A DNA stretch of 64,000 bases, taken from Candidatus Bathyarchaeota archaeon (lineage in GTDB: Archaea; Thermoproteota; Bathyarchaeia; Bathyarchaeales; Bathycorpusculaceae). A program made the position numbers and the translations under genes. The stretch covers positions 64,001 through 128,000 of the forward strand of contig CAWGZR010000010.1 of the NCBI GenBank assembly GCA_963827165.1, given 5' to 3'. The notes beneath the pieces were generated by a model. That model did not search any database. It saw only the letters and a program-made list of their open reading frames with translations, and was not told the origin of the DNA. The stretch's first letter is position 1. Each line of letters starts with the position of its first letter. This document shows, one piece after another, positions 49,106-57,935 of the stretch.

Positions 49106-49401
49106 GTTCTGGTTGTTTTCTTAAGGACGTAATCGAAGTACTTTTCAGTTGTTCCTTCACAGGACCATTCAGCCCGCAGCCTGGTTTTCTTTTCGGCCCT
49201 GCGCAACTCCGAAAGCAGCATCCGATTTACGTCCTTGATGCATTCGCCTTGGAATTCAGCAGTTACATCAAACCCGTCGCTGGTTGGTTTTATTGTGCCG
49301 TTGCTACCGACTTTTCGTTCTAAAACGGATTTGATTGCTGGCGGGTTGGCGCTGCTTACGTTTGCAATCAACTTTATTTTTTTCCCAGGCATCAAAGTCA
49401 A
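49102..49401 (-). CDS. Hypothetical protein
   Basis: 99-aa ORF, NRMLLSELRRAEKKTRLRAEW. Confidence 0.6.
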   Translation of the reverse strand: MTLMPGKKIKLIANVSSANPPAIKSVLERKVGSNGTIKPTSDGFDVTAEFQGECIKDVNRMLLSELRRAEKKTRLRAEWSCEGTTEKYFDYVLKKTTRT

Positions 49402-49458
49402 TCCTATAATGACGTGGCTTATCTGGTTTTAAAAGTCAGCCTGATTTAATATTATCTC

Positions 49459-49797
49459 TTACTTCTTATGCCTCTTGATTCTTTCCTGCCGCTGCGTTTT
49501 CTTTCGCCAATCTTTCTTGCGTTGGGTCGCAACAGTGAATTTTCCGCCTTGCCGTGGCATCTGCTCAACTTTGCGGTAACGTGAAACGTTTACGTAGAAT
49601 GTTTCGAGGTCTACTTTGTTAGATTTTAAATCCTCAAGATCCTGGTTCAATTCTTTTTTTGCGTCTTCGCCCGCATGGTCGAAAGCTTCGGAGTAAACGA
49701 GATATGCAGCATGAAACTGGAAGTTTGAGGTGTCGTCGATTAAAAGTTTCTCTGTTTGGGTTTCGCTTGTGGTCGGTTCGTTTGGTTCTTCAGACAT
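49459..49797 (-). CDS. Hypothetical protein with basic C-terminal tail
   Basis: 112-aa ORF ending RKKDWRKKTQRQERIKRHKK. Confidence 0.65.
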   Translation of the reverse strand: MSEEPNEPTTSETQTEKLLIDDTSNFQFHAAYLVYSEAFDHAGEDAKKELNQDLEDLKSNKVDLETFYVNVSRYRKVEQMPRQGGKFTVATQRKKDWRKKTQRQERIKRHKK

Positions 49798-49897
49798 GTT
49801 ATTCAGCTTTAATGATGAGCAATGTTGTTTTTCCCTCTTTTATATTTATGCCACGGAAAAAGCGGGTGTTTCTCTGAGCCGCAGGGCTAAAAAATAG

Positions 49898-50317
49898 TCA
49901 GTGAATTAATTTTGCTCTGATTTTTTCAGATTCCTTTTCTAACTGCTCAGTGGACCACAGATCTAGTTCACGTTTGAATGGGTTTTGCGGCTTCATCGGG
50001 ATAACGTGAACGTGCAGGTGAAATATAACTTGGCCAGCATCCGCTCCGTTATTCTGAACTATTCGGATAGCCTCTGTGTCTGTTGCCTCGCACACGGCGT
50101 GTGCGATTTTTTTAGCTACCACAAAGAGGTAAGCAGCTTCGCCCTCGGGGATTACATAGATGTTGACGTAATGCTTCTTCGGTACAACAAGCGTGTGCCC
50201 CTCGTTCACCGGGCGGTTACTTAAGAAAGCAGCGACCTGCTCATCTTCGTAGACTATGCTTGCAGGTGCATTTCTTCGAATTATTTGGCAAAATGTACAT
50301 CCGGATTCAGACATCAC
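49898..50317 (-). CDS. HIT-family nucleotide hydrolase
   Basis: CTFC, GHTLVVPKKH, HLHVHVIP. Confidence 0.93.
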   Translation of the reverse strand: MMSESGCTFCQIIRRNAPASIVYEDEQVAAFLSNRPVNEGHTLVVPKKHYVNIYVIPEGEAAYLFVVAKKIAHAVCEATDTEAIRIVQNNGADAGQVIFHLHVHVIPMKPQNPFKRELDLWSTEQLEKESEKIRAKLIH

Positions 50318-50382
50318 TCATACCTTTCAGCGGTTTAAAAGTGGGGTTAGCTTTAATAGAATTTCCTTCGATTTACTCTTTT

Positions 50383-51408
50383 ATGGATACTTTAGTTGAC
50401 GATGTCGGAAGTTTTCCTCTGCCGCCCAACGTGAATAAGGAGGTTTTCAGCGAAGCCTATCGTCAGGCCAGGGCAGCGGCTGTCGATGGGAAAAACCTAA
50501 GAGAAGATGCTTTCTTAGAGAAGAACTTCTGTTCAGTCGTGCTCGATTCTTTTAGGCGGAAAGTCATGTCGGGTCTAGATGTGGCGAATTTTCCTCAGGA
50601 GTATGATGGGATGAGGCAAGTTGGAGACGTGTTGCATGCTGCGATGGAGCAAGGGTCTTTTCTCGTTGAACAAAAAACTGCGGTTTTGCCAGAAGTATAC
50701 CTAATCAATCAGGAAGCCAAAGCCTTAAGCGAAGAATTCGGTAAAAAGATACAGTTACGAGTATCAATTTTTGGTCCGCTTGAGAATTATCTGCATGAAA
50801 TAGGAACCACGCCCTACCAAGATGTCCTGGAAGGGTTGGCAGGGACGATTCAGCGCTTTGCGAAAAACAGCGTTCTAAACAGCAAGTACATCGAGACAGC
50901 GGTGGTTTCGATTGATGAGCCAAGCTTCGGCTTCAACAACATCCAAGCCCCATCCGACGTGGTTTGCGGTGTGCTGGAGAAAGCCTTCGATTTCAAAGGC
51001 GCGACTCGGCAGATTCATCTGCACTCAGCCGCCGGAGTTGGCGACTTGCTTTGCGTAAAAAACCTCGATGTCCTATCCTTTGAATATGCTGCATCGCCGA
51101 AAAACATTGAGGCAGTTCCAAAAAGCATGCTTGATCGCATGGACAAGCAGATTCGGGTTGGAGTCGCTAGAACGGACATCGACGGAATATTGGCGGAACT
51201 CTACGAGAAAGGTGTCGTGAAACCTTCAGTCGATCAGATAGCTGAGGGGGTAGAGATAATAAAGAAAAGGTTTAGGGTTGCCAAGGAAAAATATGGCGAC
51301 CGGATGACTTTTACCGGTCCTGACTGCGGTTTAGGCGGGTGGCCCAGCCAAGAAGCAGCCACGCTACTACTCAGACGAACGGTTGAGGCTGTGAAAGCCG
51401 TTCAATGA
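50383..51408 (+). CDS. MetE C-terminal-like (core methionine synthase/UROD superfamily) protein
   Basis: DDVGSFPLP, SIDEPS, IHLH, GPDCGLGGW; start ATG 50383. Confidence 0.8.
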   Translation: MDTLVDDVGSFPLPPNVNKEVFSEAYRQARAAAVDGKNLREDAFLEKNFCSVVLDSFRRKVMSGLDVANFPQEYDGMRQVGDVLHAAMEQGSFLVEQKTAVLPEVYLINQEAKALSEEFGKKIQLRVSIFGPLENYLHEIGTTPYQDVLEGLAGTIQRFAKNSVLNSKYIETAVVSIDEPSFGFNNIQAPSDVVCGVLEKAFDFKGATRQIHLHSAAGVGDLLCVKNLDVLSFEYAASPKNIEAVPKSMLDRMDKQIRVGVARTDIDGILAELYEKGVVKPSVDQIAEGVEIIKKRFRVAKEKYGDRMTFTGPDCGLGGWPSQEAATLLLRRTVEAVKAVQ

Positions 51409-52281
51409 TTATTCTTGCGTCGTCTCCGGTTGGGAAGACTGCTGTTGCGATCTTGTCAGTGGCGGCCTTGTCTTTGCATGTTCCTGTTGTGCAGCAGTCA
51501 GGTCTTTGAAGCCGTACGTTCCAACTGGAGGCCAACCTGCTTCAGGCATAACCGATGGAATTAACATGATTGTGTTTGTTTGTGATTGCTGTCCTAATTC
51601 GTAGAGGATGTTCATCCATCTGAGTCTTAGTCCGTCTGGGCTTGCCTCGTATGCCTTGGCTGCTTCAATCATTTTCTGTGACGCTTCAAACTCGGCTGTG
51701 GCCAAGGTTACTCTTGCGATGCGTTCCCTTTCCGCTTGTGCTTGGCGGCTCATGGCGTCTTGCAGGTTGGGGGGGATTATGACGTCTCGAACCTCGACCG
51801 CAGTGACTTTGATGCCCCAGGACTCAGTTTTTTCATCGATGATTTCGCGCAGTTTAGCTCCGACTTTTTCCCGTTCAGCGAGCAGCTCGTTCAAGCTTTG
51901 TTTGCCAATGACTTCCCGCAGAGTCGTCTGCGAGGCGAGTTGTGTTGCTTGGTAGTAATTTTCCACTTGCAGGACGGCTTTTTCTAAGTCCACAGGTTTC
52001 ATGTAAAGCACGGAGTCCACATTTACTGGGACATTGTCTTTGGTCAGGGTTGATTCTGTTCGGAACTGGATGGTGTCGAGCCTGGTTGAGATTTTCAGCG
52101 GTGCCCTATCGATTATGGGGATAAGGTAGATTAAGCCGGGCCCTTTCAACCCCACGTAGCGTCCCAGACGCAGCACAGGCATTCTTTCCCATTCTCTTAG
52201 CACCCGTATTCCGCTTAGCAGGAATATGACTACGATGAAAACTATGAAGGCTATTAAGCCAATTAAAAGTTCACTTACCAT
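51409..52281 (-). CDS. Stomatin/SPFH (slipin) protein
   Basis: LRLGRY..GPGL, LTKDNV, QAQAERERIAR. Confidence 0.92.
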   Translation of the reverse strand: MVSELLIGLIAFIVFIVVIFLLSGIRVLREWERMPVLRLGRYVGLKGPGLIYLIPIIDRAPLKISTRLDTIQFRTESTLTKDNVPVNVDSVLYMKPVDLEKAVLQVENYYQATQLASQTTLREVIGKQSLNELLAEREKVGAKLREIIDEKTESWGIKVTAVEVRDVIIPPNLQDAMSRQAQAERERIARVTLATAEFEASQKMIEAAKAYEASPDGLRLRWMNILYELGQQSQTNTIMLIPSVMPEAGWPPVGTYGFKDLTAAQQEHAKTRPPLTRSQQQSSQPETTQE

Positions 52282-52321
52282 TATCTAACAACCTCGGTAT
52301 CGTATTCAGCGCTCTACAGAA

Positions 52322-52717
52322 TTAAGCTTTTTGCTCGGCTGCCACAACCACAAGCGTTAAGCCATCCATGTCAACGACCTTTATCGCGGTGCCTGCGGGT
52401 ATGTTTGTGTCTTTGGCTGTGGCTTCCCAGAACTCGCCGATCACGCGGACTTCACCTTTTGGGTTGAGGCCCGTAGTCGACGTGCCGACGGCGCCGATTA
52501 AAGCTTCTTTGCCTGTTTTGACACGTTTGAACTGGGCTCCGAATCCTTCGGCGAATATGACGATTATGATTGCTGCGACCGCGAACAGGGTTGCTGCCAA
52601 GGCGGCTTCGCCTGCTGTGGATAGTCCGATGAAGCTTATTCCGACGAGCGCTACGTATACGAGGAAGGCTCCGACAGCTATCAGGACGCCGATGAGTAAC
52701 CCAAGTGAAACATGCAT
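52322..52717 (-). CDS. NfeD-like protein (TM plus OB fold)
   Basis: TGKEALIG..G.....LNPKGEVRVIGEFWEA; upstream of stomatin. Confidence 0.88.
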   Translation of the reverse strand: MHVSLGLLIGVLIAVGAFLVYVALVGISFIGLSTAGEAALAATLFAVAAIIIVIFAEGFGAQFKRVKTGKEALIGAVGTSTTGLNPKGEVRVIGEFWEATAKDTNIPAGTAIKVVDMDGLTLVVVAAEQKA

Positions 52718-52851
52718 ACAGACAGCTCACTATTACATTGTTTGAATTTGCTTATAAAATTGATTGGCTGAGGGATGGGTTGGTTTTTTGTTGTTTGTGT
52801 TTTGTTATGAAAAAAGGTTTTTCATGCCACTTCTAAGAGAATTTGTTCCAT

Positions 52852-52895
52852 AAGATTTGGGTTGCTTTGGCTGTTTGGGGCTGAAGCGTTTGAAA
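52852..52895 (-). repeat. Conserved dispersed element, degenerate copy E6
   Basis: Reverse complement TTCAAACGCTTCAGCCCCAAACAGCCAAAGCAACCCAAATC. Confidence 0.65.
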
Positions 52896-52900
52896 GTCAC

Positions 52901-52959
52901 GTTTCTTCCCGTGGGATCCCGTTGAATCCCCTGCTTCCAGTGGAACCCCGCTTTTTCCG
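52901..52959. repeat. ~10-bp-period array 6 (unit ~GTGGAATCCC, ~6 copies)
   Basis: gtttcttccc gtgggatccc gttgaatccc ctgcttcca gtggaacccc gctttttccg. Confidence 0.65.
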
Positions 52960-52999
52960 GTTTATTTTGGAATCCGTTTTCACCGGGACTGTTGGCCGC

Positions 53000-53749
53000 T
53001 TAGGTTTCAAGAAGATTCTGCAGCAATTTGATGGCTGACCATGCCGCCAACGCGCTCGTATGCGGATTGCCTGGGTGAGGGTCGTTTGCAAAACGCAGAG
53101 ACATCTCGCCGAACCGCCATCGAACCTGAATTTCATGCGTGTTCCTCGTTTCAGCTGGGTCGGAAATCACACGAACCTTCACCTTGGCAGGCTTAACCGT
53201 TAACGCTAAAGTGGCAGCAACATTCATCTCCCGCGGAAACAACTTTGCCGCCTCCTCCGCATACCCCTCATAAACAACGTCTTCAACCGCGTTATCCTTG
53301 CCAAGCGCCTTGGGGTTCTTGCGTGAAGTCAAAGTCACCTCTTCGATACCCGCCAAAGCCGCGCTGGAAAAAGCATCCAAACCCCCGATGGCGCCCGACG
53401 GAACATGAACACGCCTCAAATCAACATCCAACCCAAGCAGCGCACCCGTACTCATCACTATAAGTTCAGCTCCTGACGCAGCAATTTTTGGCACATATTC
53501 CTTCGCAGCCTGCTGAGAGGCGGCTTCAACCACAACCTTCGGCTTCTGGGCGAGAAGTTCATCCACGTTCTTCGCTATCTCAACAGGAAACTTGAGCGCG
53601 CCTTTGAGGTTTTGCGCTTTTGAATCGTCAATGTCGTAGACTACGAGTTCGTCGCAGACAACAAGTTTCCGTTCGATAGCTTCAGCTAGAACCGTGCCAA
53701 TCGCACCGCATCCTATCAAACCAACCTTTTTCTTTACCTTGCCACTCAT
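53000..53749 (-). CDS. nadX: L-aspartate dehydrogenase
   Basis: GLIGCGAIG, VEAASQ, PSGAIGGLD, NVAA, NTHEI, NPHTSALAA. Confidence 0.88.
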   Translation of the reverse strand: MSGKVKKKVGLIGCGAIGTVLAEAIERKLVVCDELVVYDIDDSKAQNLKGALKFPVEIAKNVDELLAQKPKVVVEAASQQAAKEYVPKIAASGAELIVMSTGALLGLDVDLRRVHVPSGAIGGLDAFSSAALAGIEEVTLTSRKNPKALGKDNAVEDVVYEGYAEEAAKLFPREMNVAATLALTVKPAKVKVRVISDPAETRNTHEIQVRWRFGEMSLRFANDPHPGNPHTSALAAWSAIKLLQNLLET

Positions 53750-53904
53750 GCGTTAAGCCTTCACAATGCCATTTTGCTGCCTAGCCGTTAAAGTTGGCGG
53801 TAAAAAAAACTAAAAATACATCTTGAAACATTATCGCGAGAATAGGTTAATGAGGTAGCCGAAAGATTCGTCTGTTGAATGCGTTTTTTAATCCGCAAGG
53901 TTAA

Positions 53905-53938
53905 TATGAATAATTATTCATATGAATGATTATTCATA
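53905..53938. promoter_or_regulatory. Two overlapping palindromes; probable ArsR operator
   Basis: TATGAATAATTATTCATA and TATGAATGATTATTCATA, 25 bp upstream of the ArsR gene. Confidence 0.75.
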
Positions 53939-53963
53939 ACATCATGGTCAGGACAGGAAAGAA

Positions 53964-54290
53964 ATGAAAAAAGAGCTAACGAAAATCTGCTACAGATTCT
54001 TCACCAACCTCGCAAACCCCACCAGACTGGCTGCGATAGAGCAACTCTTGGAGAAACCTATGAGTGTAAACGAACTTGCAGAGGCGCTTGGACAAGAACA
54101 AAGCATGATTTCACACAATCTCAAACCCCTCCTCCAATGCAACCTTATCGCCATAAAAAAAGAAGGCAAAAAACACATCTACACCGTCAACGAAGAAACT
54201 CTGTTGCCCATTTTCGGAGCTATTGAGAACCATGCTCAGAAATTCTGTCCGTCCGTCGGAAAATGCTTGAATGGAGCAAAATCATCATGA
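53964..54290 (+). CDS. ArsR/SmtB regulator
   Basis: LANPTRLAAI..MSVNELAEALG.EQSMISHNL. Confidence 0.9.
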   Translation: MKKELTKICYRFFTNLANPTRLAAIEQLLEKPMSVNELAEALGQEQSMISHNLKPLLQCNLIAIKKEGKKHIYTVNEETLLPIFGAIENHAQKFCPSVGKCLNGAKSS

Positions 54291-54940
54291 TTAAAAGGAA
54301 AATAGTAAAAATAAACGAATCACTCTGCAACGGTTGCGGCAGTTGCATCCCTAAATGTGCGGAAGGCGCCCTCCAAATAGTAGACGGTAAAGCAAAAATA
54401 ATCAAAGAAACCTACTGCGATGGCTTGGGTGCCTGTTTGGGGCAATGTCCTCAAGGAGCAATAAGCGTGACAGAACGTGAGGCGGAACCCTTCGACGAAA
54501 AAGAAGTGCACGAATACCTCAAGAACAAAACAATCCCTTCGCCACCACAAAGCAGCCCAGCCAACTCGACGCCACAGAAGCCCCAGTGGCCTGTAAAACT
54601 GAATCTTGTTCCGACAAAGGCGCCATTTTTTGAAAATGCCGACCTTCTACTTGTTGCTGACTGCGCACCTATTGCAATGAAAAATTTCCATGAGACACTT
54701 ATGCCTGGAAAACGAGTTATCATCGGATGCCCAAAATTCAACGACGCCAGAGAATACGCCCAAAAACTAGCAGAAATCTTCCAACAAAACAACATCGCAT
54801 CCGTAACCGTTGCCCATATGGAGGTCCCATGCTGCGTCGGCTTAAAGTGGGCGACAAATAAAGCTCTTGAGTTATCCGGCAAGAAAATCCCAGTTAAAGA
54901 GTATGAGATAAAAATTGGAGGCGAAATAATTGAGCTCTAA
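54287..54940 (+). CDS. 2x[4Fe-4S] ferredoxin-domain protein
   Basis: CNGCGSCIPKC, CDGLGACLGQCP, QWPVKL, MEVPCC. Confidence 0.88.
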   Translation: MIKRKIVKINESLCNGCGSCIPKCAEGALQIVDGKAKIIKETYCDGLGACLGQCPQGAISVTEREAEPFDEKEVHEYLKNKTIPSPPQSSPANSTPQKPQWPVKLNLVPTKAPFFENADLLLVADCAPIAMKNFHETLMPGKRVIIGCPKFNDAREYAQKLAEIFQQNNIASVTVAHMEVPCCVGLKWATNKALELSGKKIPVKEYEIKIGGEIIEL

Positions 54941-55184
54941 AGATAAACCCATGGAAAAGAACCCTCAAACATGCCCTGGACTTCGAGACCTGCTACAACC
55001 TAAACCAGCCTACATTAAATGTCATGTCTGCGGCGGCGATCTGGAAATTTGGAGTGACGAAGACAAGACAGTTTGCCCAAGTTGCGGAGCAGAGTGGAAA
55101 CGCCCTGACAAGTCAGCCGCTTGCCTAGAATACTGCCAGTATGCTGACAAATGCAGAGGGATCATAGAATCCCGAAGAACCTGA
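54930..55184 (+). CDS. Small Cys-rich Zn/Fe-S protein
   Basis: CPG, CHVCG..EIWSDE..CPSCG, CLEYCQYADKC. Confidence 0.75.
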   Translation: MSSKDKPMEKNPQTCPGLRDLLQPKPAYIKCHVCGGDLEIWSDEDKTVCPSCGAEWKRPDKSAACLEYCQYADKCRGIIESRRT

Positions 55185-55245
55185 CATAGGAAATTTCTGG
55201 GATTAGCCCAGAAAAAACCCCTTCTTGTTTTAATAATTGGTGTTT

Positions 55246-56042
55246 CTACCGGTTTCTTTCGCTTCGAACGAAAAGGAAAGTTCCAACTGCAAAGAACGCT
55301 ATCGAAAAGATTGTGATTATTGCTAAGTCGGCTATGGGGCTGTATAGAACTATGTGGCTGTAAGCTGGTGTTCCTTGATATACCTAGTCCTCTGAGCAAA
55401 TCTACCTAGATAGGTCATGGGCATGGCATGAGCTAAAACGCCTAAAACCCCGGTTGAATCTTTTATAGGGATAATTGCACCCGAGAGAAACATCTGAGCA
55501 AACGCAATCATTATCACTCCTTTATCCGCCGTCTTTGGACTGCTACTAAATATCCTAGCTATCAAAGCGCCTAATGAGCCACCTGCTACACAGATAATGG
55601 GCGCCAACAGAAGAATCCATCCAATCGTTGACAACCCCACGGATATGCCCATAACTAAAGCCACAATAACAAAGGCAAATAGTTGTAGTATGCTTGTTAT
55701 GGTGCCTCCTACGATTTTGCCCAAGATGATGGAGTAGCGAGAGATTGGCGCGACAAAGATTTCCTGTGTGAAGTCATTTTCGCGGTCTTCAACTAAAGAT
55801 GTAACGCTCATCATCGTGTTCATGACAAGCGTGTTTGCAACCATCCCTATGAGTGCAAACTGCAAATAGTTATAGCCCAAGCCGCTGCTAAGGTTTTGTG
55901 CAATGCTGCCGCCCAAAATGCCTAGGAAAAGCACGGGCATCATAAGGCTAAAAGCAAGCGAGGTTTTCCAGTCTTTGAAGAAACGGGCTATCTCCCGGGC
56001 ACCAATGACTGCAATCGCGTTGAATTCTTTTTGAAATGACAT
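55246..56042 (-). CDS. ABC-2 permease with two +1 frameshifts near the 3' end
   Basis: DRENDFTQEIFVAPISRYSIILGK, FLSGAIIP, MPMTY; removing one G at each CTAGG (55405, 55383) gives LVDLLRGLVY...TM...RSERNR* at 55246. Confidence 0.85.
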
Positions 56043-57007
56043 TACTGAGCCATCTTCCCATTTTTGTCGCCTACTAAATCCATGTAGGCTTCCTCTAAGG
56101 ATGGTGTATGAATCTCCATCAAGATCAGGGGCGTCTTGATTTGGCTTAGAATTTGCTGGGGGGTCTGCTGTGCAAAGCTTATTTTGAACTTGCCGTCTTC
56201 AGTGGTTTCTGGCTTAAAAGACTCAAGTTGCGAGCGTAATTCACTGCGGTTATCAGCATCTAGGAGCACATATTTTTCAAGCAGGCGATTTTTCATCTCC
56301 GTTGGCGTACCCAGAAAAACAATTTGACCGTGATTGACGATGCATATTCGGTCGGCATTTTCGGCTTCTTCGATGTAGTGTGTTGTTAGGAATATTGTAG
56401 TTTTTTGGATTTTGCTTACTTTTCTCAAATAAATCCATAGGTCTCTACGGGAAACAGCATCTAATCCCTGGCTTGGTTCATCTAAGAACAACACTTTGGG
56501 TTTATGCATTAACCCCCGAATGATTTCCAATTTACGCTTCATTCCACCTGAGAAAGTTTTAAGGGGCTTGAACAAGTCTTCCCGAATGCCCATATATTCG
56601 GCCATCTCCAGGACTTGACTTTGATATTCCTGAGGCATGAGCCGAAAGAGAGGTTTGTATGTATAGACGCCGTAAAGGTTCACGTGTAAACGGATATTTT
56701 CTTCAGCAGATAGATAGAGATCTAAACTTGGATTTTGGAAAATAATGCCTACGTTCTGACGGACTTCTTTTGCTTGAGAGTTTATATCGTAGCTGGCGAT
56801 TGTTACGTTTCCGCTTGTTTTTGCCAGTGTTGTAGTTAAGATTGATATTGTGGTTGTTTTTCCCGCTCCGTTGGGACCGAGGAACGCAAAGAATTCGCCG
56901 GGTTGTACATCGAAGCTGATGCCGTTCACGGCTGGTTTTTCTGATTTGCTGTATCGTTTGGTTAGGTTTTTGACTTGTATGATTGGTTGCATTTTGTTTT
57001 CGCCCAT
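56042..57007 (-). CDS. ABC exporter ATPase (DrrA-like)
   Basis: GPNGAGKTT, FSGGMKRK, LFLDEP, TTHY. Confidence 0.95.
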   Translation of the reverse strand: MGENKMQPIIQVKNLTKRYSKSEKPAVNGISFDVQPGEFFAFLGPNGAGKTTTISILTTTLAKTSGNVTIASYDINSQAKEVRQNVGIIFQNPSLDLYLSAEENIRLHVNLYGVYTYKPLFRLMPQEYQSQVLEMAEYMGIREDLFKPLKTFSGGMKRKLEIIRGLMHKPKVLFLDEPSQGLDAVSRRDLWIYLRKVSKIQKTTIFLTTHYIEEAENADRICIVNHGQIVFLGTPTEMKNRLLEKYVLLDADNRSELRSQLESFKPETTEDGKFKISFAQQTPQQILSQIKTPLILMEIHTPSLEEAYMDLVGDKNGKMAQ

Positions 57008-57031
57008 TTTGTTTAGCACCAATAAACCAAC

Positions 57032-57086
57032 TTAACAACGTTAAATAAAAGCTTAACTGTGTTAAATAATCACTTAACATGGTTAA
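57032..57086. promoter_or_regulatory. Three TTAAC-N3-GTTAA palindromes at 21-bp spacing; probable TetR operators
   Basis: Starts 57032, 57053, 57074, between divergent ABC and TetR genes. Confidence 0.85.
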
Positions 57087-57119
57087 ACATATAAACAGCT
57101 AAAGCACAATCTTACTCAA

Positions 57120-57785
57120 ATGAAACCCAAAAAGACAAAAACGACAGGCATACAGCCTGAAGCCGTAATAAAAGCAGCTTTGGAAATATTAGATGCTGAA
57201 GGCTTAGACAACGTAACCCTAAGACGCATAGCAGCAAAACTAAACGTACAAGCGCCCGCTCTGTATTGGCATTTCAAAAACAAACAAGATATTACAGAAG
57301 ACATGGCCCAAACCATCCTCACAAACGCAAAACTCGACAAATTTACCCCACCAGCCGACATCAACAATTGGCCTCAATGGCTAGCGGACTTAATGCATTG
57401 CCTACGTAACGCGCTAATTGCTCACAGAGACGGCGGTCGCGTTGTTGCGGGAGCATCGTTTGGTCGCGCTTACGCTTTAGAAAAAATGTTAGCTCAAATT
57501 GCCAGGGTTTTAAACGAAGCTGGGTTTGACAGCTTTCCTGCAGGTCTAGCTGCCGCCACAACAATCGATTACGTTTGGGGCTTCGTAATTGAAGAGCAAG
57601 CGGGTCCTGAACCCGAAACACTTAGAGCGTACTTAGCCAACCCATCCACCAGGACTAATTCAGAAGACGACACATTCCTAAGCGCCTTTATGAACGAATA
57701 CCGCAAAATAACTCCCACAGAAACCTTTGACTGGGGCTTACAAGTAATAATAACTGGGCTAAAATCCGCCCTAACCAAACCCTAA
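57120..57785 (+). CDS. TetR-family repressor with TetR-class C-terminal domain
   Basis: AALEILDAEGLDNVTLRRIAAKLNVQAPALYWHFKNK; HRDGGRV. Confidence 0.93.
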   Translation: MKPKKTKTTGIQPEAVIKAALEILDAEGLDNVTLRRIAAKLNVQAPALYWHFKNKQDITEDMAQTILTNAKLDKFTPPADINNWPQWLADLMHCLRNALIAHRDGGRVVAGASFGRAYALEKMLAQIARVLNEAGFDSFPAGLAAATTIDYVWGFVIEEQAGPEPETLRAYLANPSTRTNSEDDTFLSAFMNEYRKITPTETFDWGLQVIITGLKSALTKP

Positions 57786-57837
57786 ACTTTTCGGAAAGCT
57801 AAAAATAAAGCAGTATACACTGATTATTTCTTGTAGG

Positions 57838-57932
57838 GTAATCTGGGGAGCTGGGAAATTGACCTGGCTGAGAGGACGGCTATGTGCTGTCGACCCTTAG
57901 AACCTGAACCAGATAATGCTGGCGGAGGGAAA
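57838..57932 (+). ncRNA. TPP riboswitch
   Basis: GGGGAGC...GCTGAGAG...GACCCTTAGAACCTGAACCAGATAATGCTGGCGGAGGGA matches THI-box consensus; upstream of thiamine genes. Confidence 0.92.
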
Positions 57933-57935
57933 AAA

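Noticed and set aside
57882-57935. N-terminal MCCRPLEPEPDNAGGG peptide
   Set aside because: It is the translated riboswitch aptamer; GTG 57936 is the likelier start
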